Made by a program: the position numbers and the translations under genes | Assembly: GCA_014859205.1 (NCBI GenBank) | Contig: JACUUR010000001.1 | Coordinates: 4,319-68,318 of the forward strand | Length of the DNA stretch: 64,000 nt | Reading direction: 5' to 3' | Source: Dehalococcoidia bacterium | GTDB taxonomy: Bacteria; Chloroflexota; Dehalococcoidia; GIF9; AB-539-J10 | The notes under the pieces: model-generated | What the model was told of the DNA's origin: nothing | Database searches by the model: none | Seen by the model: the letters and a program-made list of their open reading frames with translations, nothing else | Shown here: positions 37,513-47,105 of the stretch, one piece after another | How the letters are laid out: each line of letters starts with the position of its first letter | How positions within the stretch are numbered: the first letter of the stretch is position 1

Positions 37513-38349
37513 CTAGCCCCAACTATCGAGTCCGAATGCCCTGACTGCATTATCAAACAAGAAGAGCCTCGTTACCTCGTCATCCAGTCCCAGCGTAGCC
37601 AGGTCCCGCAGGCACATATCAGCTGTAAGCATGGGAAAGTTGGTGCCGAACATCACCTTCTTGCGCCCGTTCCTCTTCATGTAGTTGACCAGTTCCGTCG
37701 GGTACCTCTTGGCTATATAAGCCGAGGTGTCTATGTACACATTCTCGTGTTTGGTTGCCACGGCTATCATCTCCATCGTCCAGGGGTATCCGATATGCCC
37801 GCAGATGATCCTTAGTTCGGGGAATTCAAGGGCCACCTCATCAACATAGGGGATGGGCCGGCCCGGTTCCGAAGGGCACAGAGGGCCGGTATGGCCGACC
37901 TGGAGACAGACCGGAACGCCGAGTTCGATACATTCAGCATAGAGAGGATAGTAACGCCTGTCGTTGGGAGGCAGATTCCATAACCACTGTACCATCCTCA
38001 GGCCTTTGAATCCAAGCTCTTTCACGCACCGCCTCAACTCGCGAATGCCGTCCATGGGTCTATATAGATCAACGGACGCAATACCGATCAGACGGTCCGG
38101 GTATTCCCGCACATATGCCGCCACCTCATCATTGTGAATGAGAGGCCCGCAGGGACCCCACCAGGCGCAGATCAGGCCCAGAGACACCCGGGCCTGATCC
38201 ATCGCCGCAATCGTCATATCGATGGGAATCTCCGAATCGAGCTTGTCCTGCCCCGTCCACTTCCTGAGAGAATCAAACATAGGGTGATTGCTGAACTTCA
38301 GCGTCGGGTGCTGCATCCAGACATCGATGATGTTGTGGTTTTCAGCCAT
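37513..38349 (-). CDS. amidohydrolase-2 family metal-dependent hydrolase (TIM barrel); start at the internal ATG (MAENHNIID...) behind GGAGG
   Basis: HxH-type N-terminal motif (IDVWMQHP) and conserved His/Asp pattern of the ACMSD-like amidohydrolase_2 family. Confidence 0.6.
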   Translation of the reverse strand: MAENHNIIDVWMQHPTLKFSNHPMFDSLRKWTGQDKLDSEIPIDMTIAAMDQARVSLGLICAWWGPCGPLIHNDEVAAYVREYPDRLIGIASVDLYRPMDGIRELRRCVKELGFKGLRMVQWLWNLPPNDRRYYPLYAECIELGVPVCLQVGHTGPLCPSEPGRPIPYVDEVALEFPELRIICGHIGYPWTMEMIAVATKHENVYIDTSAYIAKRYPTELVNYMKRNGRKKVMFGTNFPMLTADMCLRDLATLGLDDEVTRLFLFDNAVRAFGLDSWG

Positions 38350-38520
38350 GATACCTCCGATCATACGAGGCGCCGTCTTCACCTTCTCCAATTCTGGAGC
38401 CGGCCGCACTGCCGGGTCGCACATTGCGGAGTCGGTCATCCCCTGGAGTTGGCGGTCACCGGTCTCCAGACCGATGGGCGCCGGCAGGCTCCGACCCTCA
38501 GAAGCTCCTGGCTTCCCATA

Positions 38521-40578
38521 CTACTTCTTCTGCTCACTGCCGGCCAGTACCGCCGAAGCTGCCCTGGCCCACCCCTCCGGGCCGATGCCGGTGACACGTT
38601 TCAGGTTCTTGACGTTGACCTTGTTCCAGTTCTTGTTCACCGTCTGCACGATAATCGGTAAATCCACGGCGTTAAGCATCTCAACGTCGTTCAAGCTGTC
38701 GCCGATCCCGATCGTGTATACATCGCCGGAGTTGAGCTTGAAAAGCTCCATCAGGATCTTGACCGCCTTCCCTTTGTCGGCCCCCAGGCACACCTCGTAG
38801 AACTTGCCGCCGAAGGTGTAACCCAGCCCCACCTCCTTGATGGCTGCCAGAGTTGCCTGCACTCGTTTCTTGTCGCCCTCTATTGTCACGGTCTCGGTGT
38901 ACTCCCGTTGCTTGGCCAGCGCCGCCATGACCAGGTTGAGGCCGGTCACCTTGGATACTTCCTCGGTAGTAAGGTCACCGAAGCATGTGATCTGCAGCTC
39001 TGGCCTGGCGCATAATTCCTTCAGCTTGCTCTTCACCTCCGCGTACGGGCTCCCGATTTCAATGACAAAGCAATCATCAGCCGTCCTGCTATAGGAGAAA
39101 GAGAACCTGAAGTAGTCTTTGGGCACTACGACCGCCGCTCCGTTCTCGATGACAAATGGGTCCGCAATGCCCAGTTCCTGACGGTAGACCTGCTGTTCAG
39201 CCCGGGTCTTAGCCGAGCAGAACACTATGGGTATATTCGCTTCCTGTAATGCCCGTACCGAATCAAGTGCTGCTGCATAGGAGTAGCTGACAGGATGGAG
39301 CAGGGTACCGTCAAGGTCGGTGAAGACCAGCCTGGCAGCCTCCTGCGCTCTGCGGACGGCGGCCGGCAAGCTGGCCCGTACCGCCGCACCCTTCGGCACA
39401 GCATACTCGCTAAGCTGTCTGTCCACGAGGCCGGCGAAGCGCCCGGCATCCACAGTCTCCGGGGGCGGCAGAATCAGCAGTTCGGGCACTTCACCATCCC
39501 GTGGAATGCACTCCAGGTCTACGAGCTGCCTGGTTATCAACTCTCTGGTTGCCTGCTCACACAGCGGGTTGTGGTAGATCACCGAGAGACTGGGCACAAG
39601 CATATCCTGGAGCAGGTGCTCTTCACCTTTTTCCTCGTGGACATGAGGGTTTATCGTCTCGGTCTGGATTATGTCCACACCCTTCTCCATGATCGTCCGG
39701 TCGGCCACGGGGCCCAGGCCTGAGAACTGCTCGAAGATGGACATGAGTTCCTGGGTCTCGACGCCATAGCCGGTGGCATAGGTCAGCTTCTTGGCCAGCT
39801 GGAGACTCATGGCATGCTCGCCCGCATTGGCCGTCCTGATGATGTCGGTCTCGAAGTTGCCCTTGGTGGAGATGAAATGGTTTACGTACTTGTTGGTAAT
39901 TTCCGAGACCCGTCCCCACTTCTTGAAGTAGAGCTTGCCGGAAATCTTAGGCTTGTACCTCCACAACAGCCTGGCCATCACATAGGGCGACTGCGATAGG
40001 CTGAATCCGACCGCATAGTGCTGGGCATATTCCCAGACCGCGCCGGGAATGTAGTTATCGGTGTCGATGAACCCCACATAATCCTTACCCAGTACTTCAG
40101 CCAGCAGGATACCGATGATCATCCCTTCCGCCTTGCCGCTTCTCACGAGGCTAGTCTCATCGAGAATCCGGCCGTATCCGCAGTCGGCCAGCGCCTCCGC
40201 CAGCCGGGGATCCTTTTGATGAACGATGATGGCATCCCTCTTCGTGGCAACGCAGAATCTTTCCAGCGTTTCCTGTTCTCTTTTCAGGTTGTCGACCTCG
40301 CCCCGCCGGCTATTGGACATCACAATCATCAGGCAGTCATGAGGGATGCCGCTCAGTACCCCTTCGAATACCTTCACATCCTCATCCTTTATGGGTAGCA
40401 CAATAGCCATCTTCTGGTGAATGCCGGCGATAACGTCACGTTCAATTCTCTGGGGCTCAACGCTTTCCTTGACCCGAGAGGGAACCCGGGCGCCGGAGTC
40501 AAGCTCCAGCATGCGGCGTACAGGATGGACCCTGACCGCTCCGACGTGTTCAACTTGCCCGCTACTTTCGATACGCAT
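38521..40578 (-). CDS. mgsD: bifunctional mannosyl-3-phosphoglycerate synthase / mannosyl-3-phosphoglycerate phosphatase (MgsD-type; GT55 + HAD-IIB)
   Basis: N-terminal GT55 MPGS domain, C-terminal HAD phosphatase (VFTDLDGTLL motif I, GDSLNDVEML motif IV). 685 aa fusion, as described for Dehalococcoides. Confidence 0.85.
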   Translation of the reverse strand: MRIESSGQVEHVGAVRVHPVRRMLELDSGARVPSRVKESVEPQRIERDVIAGIHQKMAIVLPIKDEDVKVFEGVLSGIPHDCLMIVMSNSRRGEVDNLKREQETLERFCVATKRDAIIVHQKDPRLAEALADCGYGRILDETSLVRSGKAEGMIIGILLAEVLGKDYVGFIDTDNYIPGAVWEYAQHYAVGFSLSQSPYVMARLLWRYKPKISGKLYFKKWGRVSEITNKYVNHFISTKGNFETDIIRTANAGEHAMSLQLAKKLTYATGYGVETQELMSIFEQFSGLGPVADRTIMEKGVDIIQTETINPHVHEEKGEEHLLQDMLVPSLSVIYHNPLCEQATRELITRQLVDLECIPRDGEVPELLILPPPETVDAGRFAGLVDRQLSEYAVPKGAAVRASLPAAVRRAQEAARLVFTDLDGTLLHPVSYSYAAALDSVRALQEANIPIVFCSAKTRAEQQVYRQELGIADPFVIENGAAVVVPKDYFRFSFSYSRTADDCFVIEIGSPYAEVKSKLKELCARPELQITCFGDLTTEEVSKVTGLNLVMAALAKQREYTETVTIEGDKKRVQATLAAIKEVGLGYTFGGKFYEVCLGADKGKAVKILMELFKLNSGDVYTIGIGDSLNDVEMLNAVDLPIIVQTVNKNWNKVNVKNLKRVTGIGPEGWARAASAVLAGSEQKK

Positions 40579-40674
40579 CTTCTTAACTACACAGTGATGG
40601 AGGTCGATGACTGCGCGCCCACATTACACTCGGTTCAACCGCCACAACCTACGGTCAGGCAGTAGGCCAGCCTA

Positions 40675-40696
40675 CCCTCGTGATATTCCACGAGGG
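40675..40696 (-). promoter_or_regulatory. perfect hairpin CCCTCGTG-N6-CACGAGGG between the Zn-ribbon gene and mgsD
   Basis: Seen in the sequence, followed by a second short hairpin. Either a terminator for 40869..41201 or an mgsD leader element. Confidence 0.3.
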
Positions 40697-40868
40697 TGCG
40701 ATTATGACACGGCAACTAGCAGAAATCAAACGAAGGCCCGAAAACGGAAGCCGCACACGCGGCCGAAGGCCCAGCCTCTTCAGGTCAACCGCAGCAGCGC
40801 AGACACGGCAAATCCTGGAACAAGCTGGCCGCCAAACACGACTCATGATCCGGGCGACAGCCTCAATA

Positions 40869-41201
40869 CTACCGCCCAAGGAGCCTCTTGAGATTGCTGG
40901 CCTTGCGTTCCTGCCTACGAGCCGCCGTGATGAACCCGACGCCCAGGCAGACAAGCACAATCCCAAAGAGCCCGATCGGATCCGATGAGACACAAAGGAC
41001 TCCGCCACCCGCCAACCCCAGAGTCACCAGAACTATGGTCAGAATGGTATACATGTTCGCTCTGTGTTCAGCCTCGTCAACCGCCCCCTGAATCTCAACC
41101 TCCTGCCGTCGTGTGTCAATCTCCAATGAGCGTTCGCCACACCAGTTGCAGAAGACTGCATCTTCATCCACCTTTCTCCCGCAATATCGACAGTATGCCA
41201 T
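40869..41201 (-). CDS. zinc-ribbon domain membrane protein (CxxC-N13-CxxC, two predicted TM helices)
   Basis: MAYCRYCG...CNWCG at the N-terminus, two hydrophobic segments, basic C-terminus. Confidence 0.5.
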   Translation of the reverse strand: MAYCRYCGRKVDEDAVFCNWCGERSLEIDTRRQEVEIQGAVDEAEHRANMYTILTIVLVTLGLAGGGVLCVSSDPIGLFGIVLVCLGVGFITAARRQERKASNLKRLLGR

Positions 41202-41287
41202 TTCCGCACCCTGGATGCGCTATTCAGGAACTGCATTATAATACATAGGCAACCAAAATTCACCATCTCCCGCCGGCGTATCTCTGG

Positions 41288-42955
41288 CTATGGCCGGAAC
41301 ACGGCACCCGCGCTGGCAGAACTCACTCCATCGCTGTATCTTCTGAGATAACCGGTCTTGACCCGGGGTTCGAAAACAGGCAACGAATCGATCCGTTGCG
41401 CTATCTCTTCCTTGCTCAACTCAACCTCCAGCCTGCGGGCAGGGATGTCTATGTTGATAAGGTCGCCGTTCCTCAGAGCAGCGATCGGACCCTTGTCCGC
41501 GGCCTCAGGAGATACATGGCCGATGGCCGCTCCTCTGGTGGCTCCAGAGAAGCGCCCGTCCGTAACAAGAGCCACCTCCCTATCCGCGCCCATGCCACTG
41601 AGCAGCGAGGTGGCGGCCAGCATCTCGCGCATTCCAGGACCTCCTCTGGGTCCTTCATAGCGGATGACCATTACCTCACCCGATCTGAACTCTTCTTTCA
41701 TGATTGCAGCGGTGGCCTGTTCCTCACTATCGAAGACCCTGGCAGGACCGCTATGGACCAGCATCTCAGAGGCCACAGCGGCTGTTTTCACCACGCAGCC
41801 CTCGGGGGCCAGATTGCCGAACAGTATGCTTATACCACCGGTAGAGGCGTACGGTCGGGACAGGGGACGGATCACCTCACTGTTTACGGATGCAGGTGTC
41901 TCTACAAGTTCCCCCAATGGCTTGCCCATGACCGTCTGCGCTTTGAGTCTAAGCAGGCCAGATAGCTCGTGCATTACCGCCGGGATGCCCCCGGCCCGGT
42001 CCAGGTCCTCGATGTGCTGGTCGCCTGCCGGGCTCAGTCTGCAGATATGAGGAGTAGAGTCGCTAACCCGGTTCACCAGCGAAAGGGGAAAGTCTATCCC
42101 GGCCTCATGGGCTATGGCGGCAAGATGCAGCACAGAATTCGTGCTGCCGCCCATAGCCATGTCCAGAGTCAAAGCATTGTGAAGAGAATCACCGGTCAGC
42201 ACATCCCGGGGTCTGATATCTAGCGCTACTGCTTCCATTATCTGGCTTCCCGCCCTGTACGCAAGCTGCGCACGCCGTTCATCCACGGCTGGTATGGTGC
42301 CGTTGCCCGGCAAGGCTATGCCCAGTGCTTCGCTAAGGCAGTTCATGGTATTGGCAGTAAACATGCCAGCACAGCTGCCGCAGCCGGGACAGGCAACCTT
42401 CTCCAGTTCCTCCAACTCAGCCTCGGTCATCTTGCCCTTAGCCACTGCGCCTACGGCTTCAAATACCGTCATCAGGTCAACAGCCCGGGCAGAGTCCCTC
42501 CCACCAAGCCTCCCGGCCAGCATGGGACCACCGCTCACAAACACGCAGGGCAAGTTAAGCCTGACTGCGCCCATCAGCATCCCGGGCACAACCTTGTCAC
42601 AACTCGCCATGAACACCAGTCCATCGAAGGCATGGGCCCGGGCCAGTATCTCAACTGAGTCAGCAATGATCTCACGGCTGGGCAGGCTGTATCTCATTCC
42701 CGGGTGGTTCATGGCAATACCGTCGCAAACAGCTATGGTATTCACTTCAAACGGCACCCCACCCCTGCTACGCACTCCATCCTTCACCGACACGGCCAAC
42801 CTCTGCAGATGGATATGCCCCGGGACTATCTCACTGAAGCTGTTGATTACGCCAATGAACGGCCTGTCCCAGTCATCTGAGGAGCACCCAACGGCCCGCA
42901 GCAGCGACCTGTGAGGTGCCCGTTCGATTCCCTTCTTGACTATGTCGCTCTGCAC
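41288..42955 (-). CDS. ilvD: dihydroxy-acid dehydratase
   Basis: IlvD/EDD family motifs (CDKxxP, SGGP, Fe-S Cys ligands). GTG start. Confidence 0.92.
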   Translation of the reverse strand: MQSDIVKKGIERAPHRSLLRAVGCSSDDWDRPFIGVINSFSEIVPGHIHLQRLAVSVKDGVRSRGGVPFEVNTIAVCDGIAMNHPGMRYSLPSREIIADSVEILARAHAFDGLVFMASCDKVVPGMLMGAVRLNLPCVFVSGGPMLAGRLGGRDSARAVDLMTVFEAVGAVAKGKMTEAELEELEKVACPGCGSCAGMFTANTMNCLSEALGIALPGNGTIPAVDERRAQLAYRAGSQIMEAVALDIRPRDVLTGDSLHNALTLDMAMGGSTNSVLHLAAIAHEAGIDFPLSLVNRVSDSTPHICRLSPAGDQHIEDLDRAGGIPAVMHELSGLLRLKAQTVMGKPLGELVETPASVNSEVIRPLSRPYASTGGISILFGNLAPEGCVVKTAAVASEMLVHSGPARVFDSEEQATAAIMKEEFRSGEVMVIRYEGPRGGPGMREMLAATSLLSGMGADREVALVTDGRFSGATRGAAIGHVSPEAADKGPIAALRNGDLINIDIPARRLEVELSKEEIAQRIDSLPVFEPRVKTGYLRRYSDGVSSASAGAVFRP

Positions 42956-43209
42956 CTGGTTTCCGCTCCTCCGGAGGGCCTATGCCTGCTAACATAGCAG
43001 AATGACCACCCAGCGTCAACGAGTACGAGCTCGCCGTGCCACCCGCCGGCTGCACCCGTCGCGGCGAACACCGAACCGACCACCAGGAGCCTGTGGCCTG
43101 CTGCCAAACTGCCACAGGTGCCACATTCGGCTGTAACTCGACCGGCTCCGCCGACACCGAATCGGGGCAGAGTTCAAGCATTGAGTTTGTGTCAGGGGCC
43201 GATACGGGC

Positions 43210-43227
43210 TAGAATACCAGAGCCATG
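43210..43227 (+). promoter_or_regulatory. -10 hexamer TAGAAT only 9 nt upstream of the hypC ATG (probable leaderless or near-leaderless transcript)
   Basis: Seen in the sequence. No SD between -10 and ATG. Confidence 0.35.
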
Positions 43228-43452
43228 TGTCTGGCAGTGCCGGCAAAGATTGTCTCCATAGACGGGGACTATGCTGAAACAGAAATCGCGGGAGTCAAGC
43301 GCCGGATCAGCATCGCCCTCACCCCGGAGGCCAGCCCCGGGGACTACGTATTGCTTCACACAGGCTATGCCATAGCCGTCATAGGTGAGGCTGAGGCAGA
43401 GGAGACCCTCACAATCCTGGAAGAGATCGCAAGTCTAAGTGAAGTTCATTGA
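43225..43452 (+). CDS. hypC: [NiFe]-hydrogenase maturation chaperone HypC/HupF
   Basis: MCLAVP N-terminus (Cys2 essential). 75 aa. Confidence 0.9.
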   Translation: MCLAVPAKIVSIDGDYAETEIAGVKRRISIALTPEASPGDYVLLHTGYAIAVIGEAEAEETLTILEEIASLSEVH

Positions 43453-44542
43453 CGAGTATCGCGACAGCAGGCTAGCCAGGGGCCTGGCATGCAGAATCGC
43501 TCAACGCTCCACCAAAACCATAACGCTGATGGAGTTCTGCGGCGGACACACGCATGCAATACTGCGGCACGGAATCCGACAGCTAGTGCCGAGAACGGTG
43601 GAGATGAGGTCGGGGCCGGGCTGCCCCGTCTGTGTTACAGCCACCGCCGATCTGGACAAAGCCATAGCCCTTGCCCGGCTGCCGGAGGTTATCATCACCA
43701 CCTTCGGAGACATAATGAGGGTCCCCGGCAGCTGCTCCAGCTTACAGAAGGAACGGGCCAACGGAGCTGACGTACGAGTAGTGTATTCCACCGTAGACGC
43801 GCTCGAGTTCGCCAGGGCCAACCCTGAAAGGCCCGTCATCTTCATCGGCATCGGCTTTGAGACCACGGCGCCGACCATAGCTGCGGCGATACTGAGAGCG
43901 CACAAGGAAAGAATAGAGAACTTCCATGTCCTGTCTCTCAATAAGCTGACCCCACAGGTGATGAAGGCGCTGCTCGACGCAGGCGAGATAAAGCTGGACG
44001 GCATCATCTGTCCCGGTCATGTCAGCGTCATAATCGGTTCGCACCCCTACGAGTTCATCCCCCGCGACTATCGAGTTGCCTGCGCCATCTCAGGCTTTGA
44101 GCCGCTGGATATCCTGCTATGCATAGATACGCTGGTGGAGCAGATCGAGAGGGGAGAACCTGCAGTGGAGATAGCCTACGCGCGGGGAGTGAAGCCCGAG
44201 GGAAACAAGAGGGCCCGGCAGCTGATGGAGGGTGTTTTCGAAACATGCGAGGCCGACTGGAGGGGCATCGGAGTCGTGCCTGGAAGCGGCCTAAGGTTGC
44301 GGGCAGAGTACCGACGTCTTGACGCCGACAAGGCGTTCTCAGTGAACGTCGCACCTCCCAGAGAGATCATGGGGTGTCGCTGCGGGGACATAATCCGTGG
44401 ATCAGCTACACCACTTGAGTGCGAACTCTTCACTAAGGCCTGCACCCCGGAAACCCCGGTCGGCCCCTGCATGGTCTCTGGTGAAGGCGCCTGTGCCGCC
44501 TACTATCAATACGGGGTACCGCCGGACCTGCCGGGTGCCTAG
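43439..44542 (+). CDS. hypD: [NiFe]-hydrogenase maturation protein HypD
   Basis: CGxH, GPGCPVC and FETT motifs. C-terminal CxxC pairs. Confidence 0.9.
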   Translation: MKFIDEYRDSRLARGLACRIAQRSTKTITLMEFCGGHTHAILRHGIRQLVPRTVEMRSGPGCPVCVTATADLDKAIALARLPEVIITTFGDIMRVPGSCSSLQKERANGADVRVVYSTVDALEFARANPERPVIFIGIGFETTAPTIAAAILRAHKERIENFHVLSLNKLTPQVMKALLDAGEIKLDGIICPGHVSVIIGSHPYEFIPRDYRVACAISGFEPLDILLCIDTLVEQIERGEPAVEIAYARGVKPEGNKRARQLMEGVFETCEADWRGIGVVPGSGLRLRAEYRRLDADKAFSVNVAPPREIMGCRCGDIIRGSATPLECELFTKACTPETPVGPCMVSGEGACAAYYQYGVPPDLPGA

Positions 44543-44563
44543 GTCGCAGCATGGAGCACGACT

Positions 44564-45568
44564 ATGAATGACAGCGTTCTTCTAGCCCATGGCAGTGGAG
44601 GAAGACTGAGCCACGAACTGGTGGAGAGGATGTTCCTGCCATTCCTGGCCAATCCCGCACTGAACAAGCTGGATGATTCAGCCACCTTCGAGGCCAGCGG
44701 GCGCCTGGCATTCACCACTGATAGCTATGTCGTGAACCCCGTCTTCTTTCCCGGTGGCGATATAGGAAGGCTGGCCGTCTGCGGCACCGTAAACGACCTG
44801 GCCATGACCGGAGCCAGGCCTCTGTATTTGAGCCTGTCGGCAATCATAGAAGAGGGTTTTCTCATCAGTGAACTGGAGCGAATAGTGCAATCGGTGAAGA
44901 AGGCAACTGAGGAGGCCGAGGTCAGCATAATCGCCGGGGATACCAAGGTGGTAGACCGAGGACACGCCGACAGGTTATTCCTCACCACGTCCGGAATAGG
45001 CCTGGTCCCTCCGGGAGTTGATATCTCAGGCGCTAACGCCAGACCGGGAGACAAGGTGCTGCTCAGCGGCACCATCGGCGACCACGGCATAGCCGTGATG
45101 AGTCAGCGCGAAGGACTCAGATTCGCGGTAACGCTGGAAAGCGATTGCGCTCCGTTGAACGGACTGGTACGTCAGATGCTTGAAGTCTCATCGAGGATCC
45201 ATTGCCTCCGTGATCCCACCAGGGGTGGTCTGGCCACCACTCTTAACGAACTTGCCCGGCAATCAAAGGTGAGCATGGTGATACAGGAGGCTGAAATACC
45301 GGTCAAGGAAGAGGTCAGAGCCGCCTGTGAACTGCTCGGCCTCGATCCGCTTCACGTGGCCAATGAAGGCAAAATGGTGGCAGTAGTTGACCGCGCCGAC
45401 TCCGATAGGATTCTTGTTGCGATGAGGCAAGATCCCTATGGCAGAGAGGCTGCCATCATCGGCGAGGTGGCCGAGGAGCACCCGGGTAAGGTTGTCATGA
45501 AGACAAAACTCGGTCCCTCACGAATCGTGGACATGCTGTCGGGAGAACTGCTGCCCCGCATATGTTAG
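44564..45568 (+). CDS. hypE: [NiFe]-hydrogenase maturation protein HypE (carbamoyl dehydratase)
   Basis: AIR-synthase-related fold. C-terminal PRIC (Cys at C-terminus). Confidence 0.9.
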   Translation: MNDSVLLAHGSGGRLSHELVERMFLPFLANPALNKLDDSATFEASGRLAFTTDSYVVNPVFFPGGDIGRLAVCGTVNDLAMTGARPLYLSLSAIIEEGFLISELERIVQSVKKATEEAEVSIIAGDTKVVDRGHADRLFLTTSGIGLVPPGVDISGANARPGDKVLLSGTIGDHGIAVMSQREGLRFAVTLESDCAPLNGLVRQMLEVSSRIHCLRDPTRGGLATTLNELARQSKVSMVIQEAEIPVKEEVRAACELLGLDPLHVANEGKMVAVVDRADSDRILVAMRQDPYGREAAIIGEVAEEHPGKVVMKTKLGPSRIVDMLSGELLPRIC

Positions 45569-45612
45569 TGGTTTGACAGCTAGAATTTGCGGGTGTTACA
45601 CTGCCCTCACCT

Positions 45613-46434
45613 GTGAAGCGCATTGGTATTCTCTATCGCCCCCTATCGGAGAAGACCCGGGACCTTGCTGAGAAACTGGAGGACTTCCTATCATCGCGCC
45701 AGATCTCTTCGTGGCGGTGTGCAACGTGGGACGAAGATGAAGCCAGGCCTCAGGTAGCCGACACAGACCTCATCCTGAGCGTTGGTGGAGACGGCACTAT
45801 CCTCCGTGCCGTCAGAATCGTAACTCCCCTGTCGGTGCCGATCCTGGGCATCAACCTCGGCAAGCTGGGGTTCATAACAGAGATAGACGGCAATCAAGCC
45901 TTGCGTGTTCTGCCCGATTTGATTGAAGGAAAAGGCTGGATCGAGGAGAGGGCCATGCTGGAGGCCGGGGTTGAGGACAAGAGCCTTCACGCGTTGAATG
46001 ATGTGGTGCTGAGGAGTGTTCCTGTCAGGCTGGTCAACGTAGAAGCAGAGGTTGACGGTGCAGCGATCACCACTTATCGGGCCGACGGTGTTATCATGTC
46101 CACCGCCACCGGCAGCACTGCCTACTCGCTGGCATGCGGTGGCCCCATACTTCATCCTCGATCGAGGGACATCATCCTCCAGCCGATATCCTGCCACCTG
46201 GGCCTGAGTCAGGCCCTGGTTCTGCCGCCGCAGAGCAAAGTTGTCGTGCGGGTTGGCCCTGGAGAAAAGGCCGTGCTTTGCCTTGACGGACAGGTTGAAC
46301 TGCCGCTGGCAGACGGCCAGGACATAACAGTAAAGGTCAGCCCTCACATAGCCCGGTTCCTGAGAATCCATGAGCCGGCCCATTTCTACGGTTCGTTGTC
46401 ACAGAAACTGCAAGGCAGGCGCGCTGCCTGCTAG
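45613..46434 (+). CDS. nadK: NAD+ kinase
   Basis: GGDGT motif (SVGGDGTILRA), NE/D motif and conserved C-terminal region. Confidence 0.88.
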   Translation: MKRIGILYRPLSEKTRDLAEKLEDFLSSRQISSWRCATWDEDEARPQVADTDLILSVGGDGTILRAVRIVTPLSVPILGINLGKLGFITEIDGNQALRVLPDLIEGKGWIEERAMLEAGVEDKSLHALNDVVLRSVPVRLVNVEAEVDGAAITTYRADGVIMSTATGSTAYSLACGGPILHPRSRDIILQPISCHLGLSQALVLPPQSKVVVRVGPGEKAVLCLDGQVELPLADGQDITVKVSPHIARFLRIHEPAHFYGSLSQKLQGRRAAC

Positions 46435-46574
46435 ACTCGACGCAGCTTCGCCACGAGGTACAGGCGCAATGCTGTCACGGGCCGGGTTGTGCGGGCTGCG
46501 GTCGGGCGGTTCCCGTGCATCGCCTCTGAGGGTCTCCAGGCAGACCACTGCAGTGTTGCCAGATTAGGAGGAGC

Positions 46575-47105
46575 ATGCCGAAGCAGGAGAAGAAGCTAGC
46601 TACCCGTCAGATCTATCAAGGTCGGGCGGTGAGCCTGCGCGTGGACACGATCGAGAAGGGCTGCGGGGTCAAGAGCACCAGGGAGGTGGTGGAGCACAGC
46701 GACTGCGTCGCCGTCGTGGTCATCGATGACCGGGACAATGTGCTGCTCGTTCGCCAGTTCCGACACCCGGTGCAGAAGTCCCTCCTGGAAATACCTGCGG
46801 GTGGCATCGACCCCGGCGAGGAACCAGTTGACTCAGTACGCCGCGAACTGCAGGAGGAAATCGGCTACCTGCCACGCAAGATAGAGAGTCTGGGGGGCTT
46901 CTACTCCATCCCGGGTTACGGCACCGAGTACCTCCACTGCTTTGTGGCTACCGAACTGGTGCCAGGACGACTCCTCGCCGAGGATACCGAGGATATCGAA
47001 CTGGTCCGGGTTCCCCTGGATGAAATCCCCAGACTGATCGCTTCAGGAGAGATCTGCGACGCGAAGAGCATCGCTGCCCTGCTCATGTTCCTCTCTACCC
47101 AGTGA
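46575..47105 (+). CDS. NUDIX hydrolase (ADP-ribose pyrophosphatase-like)
   Basis: Nudix box GGIDPGEEPVDSVRRELQEEIGY. Confidence 0.85.
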   Translation: MPKQEKKLATRQIYQGRAVSLRVDTIEKGCGVKSTREVVEHSDCVAVVVIDDRDNVLLVRQFRHPVQKSLLEIPAGGIDPGEEPVDSVRRELQEEIGYLPRKIESLGGFYSIPGYGTEYLHCFVATELVPGRLLAEDTEDIELVRVPLDEIPRLIASGEICDAKSIAALLMFLSTQ

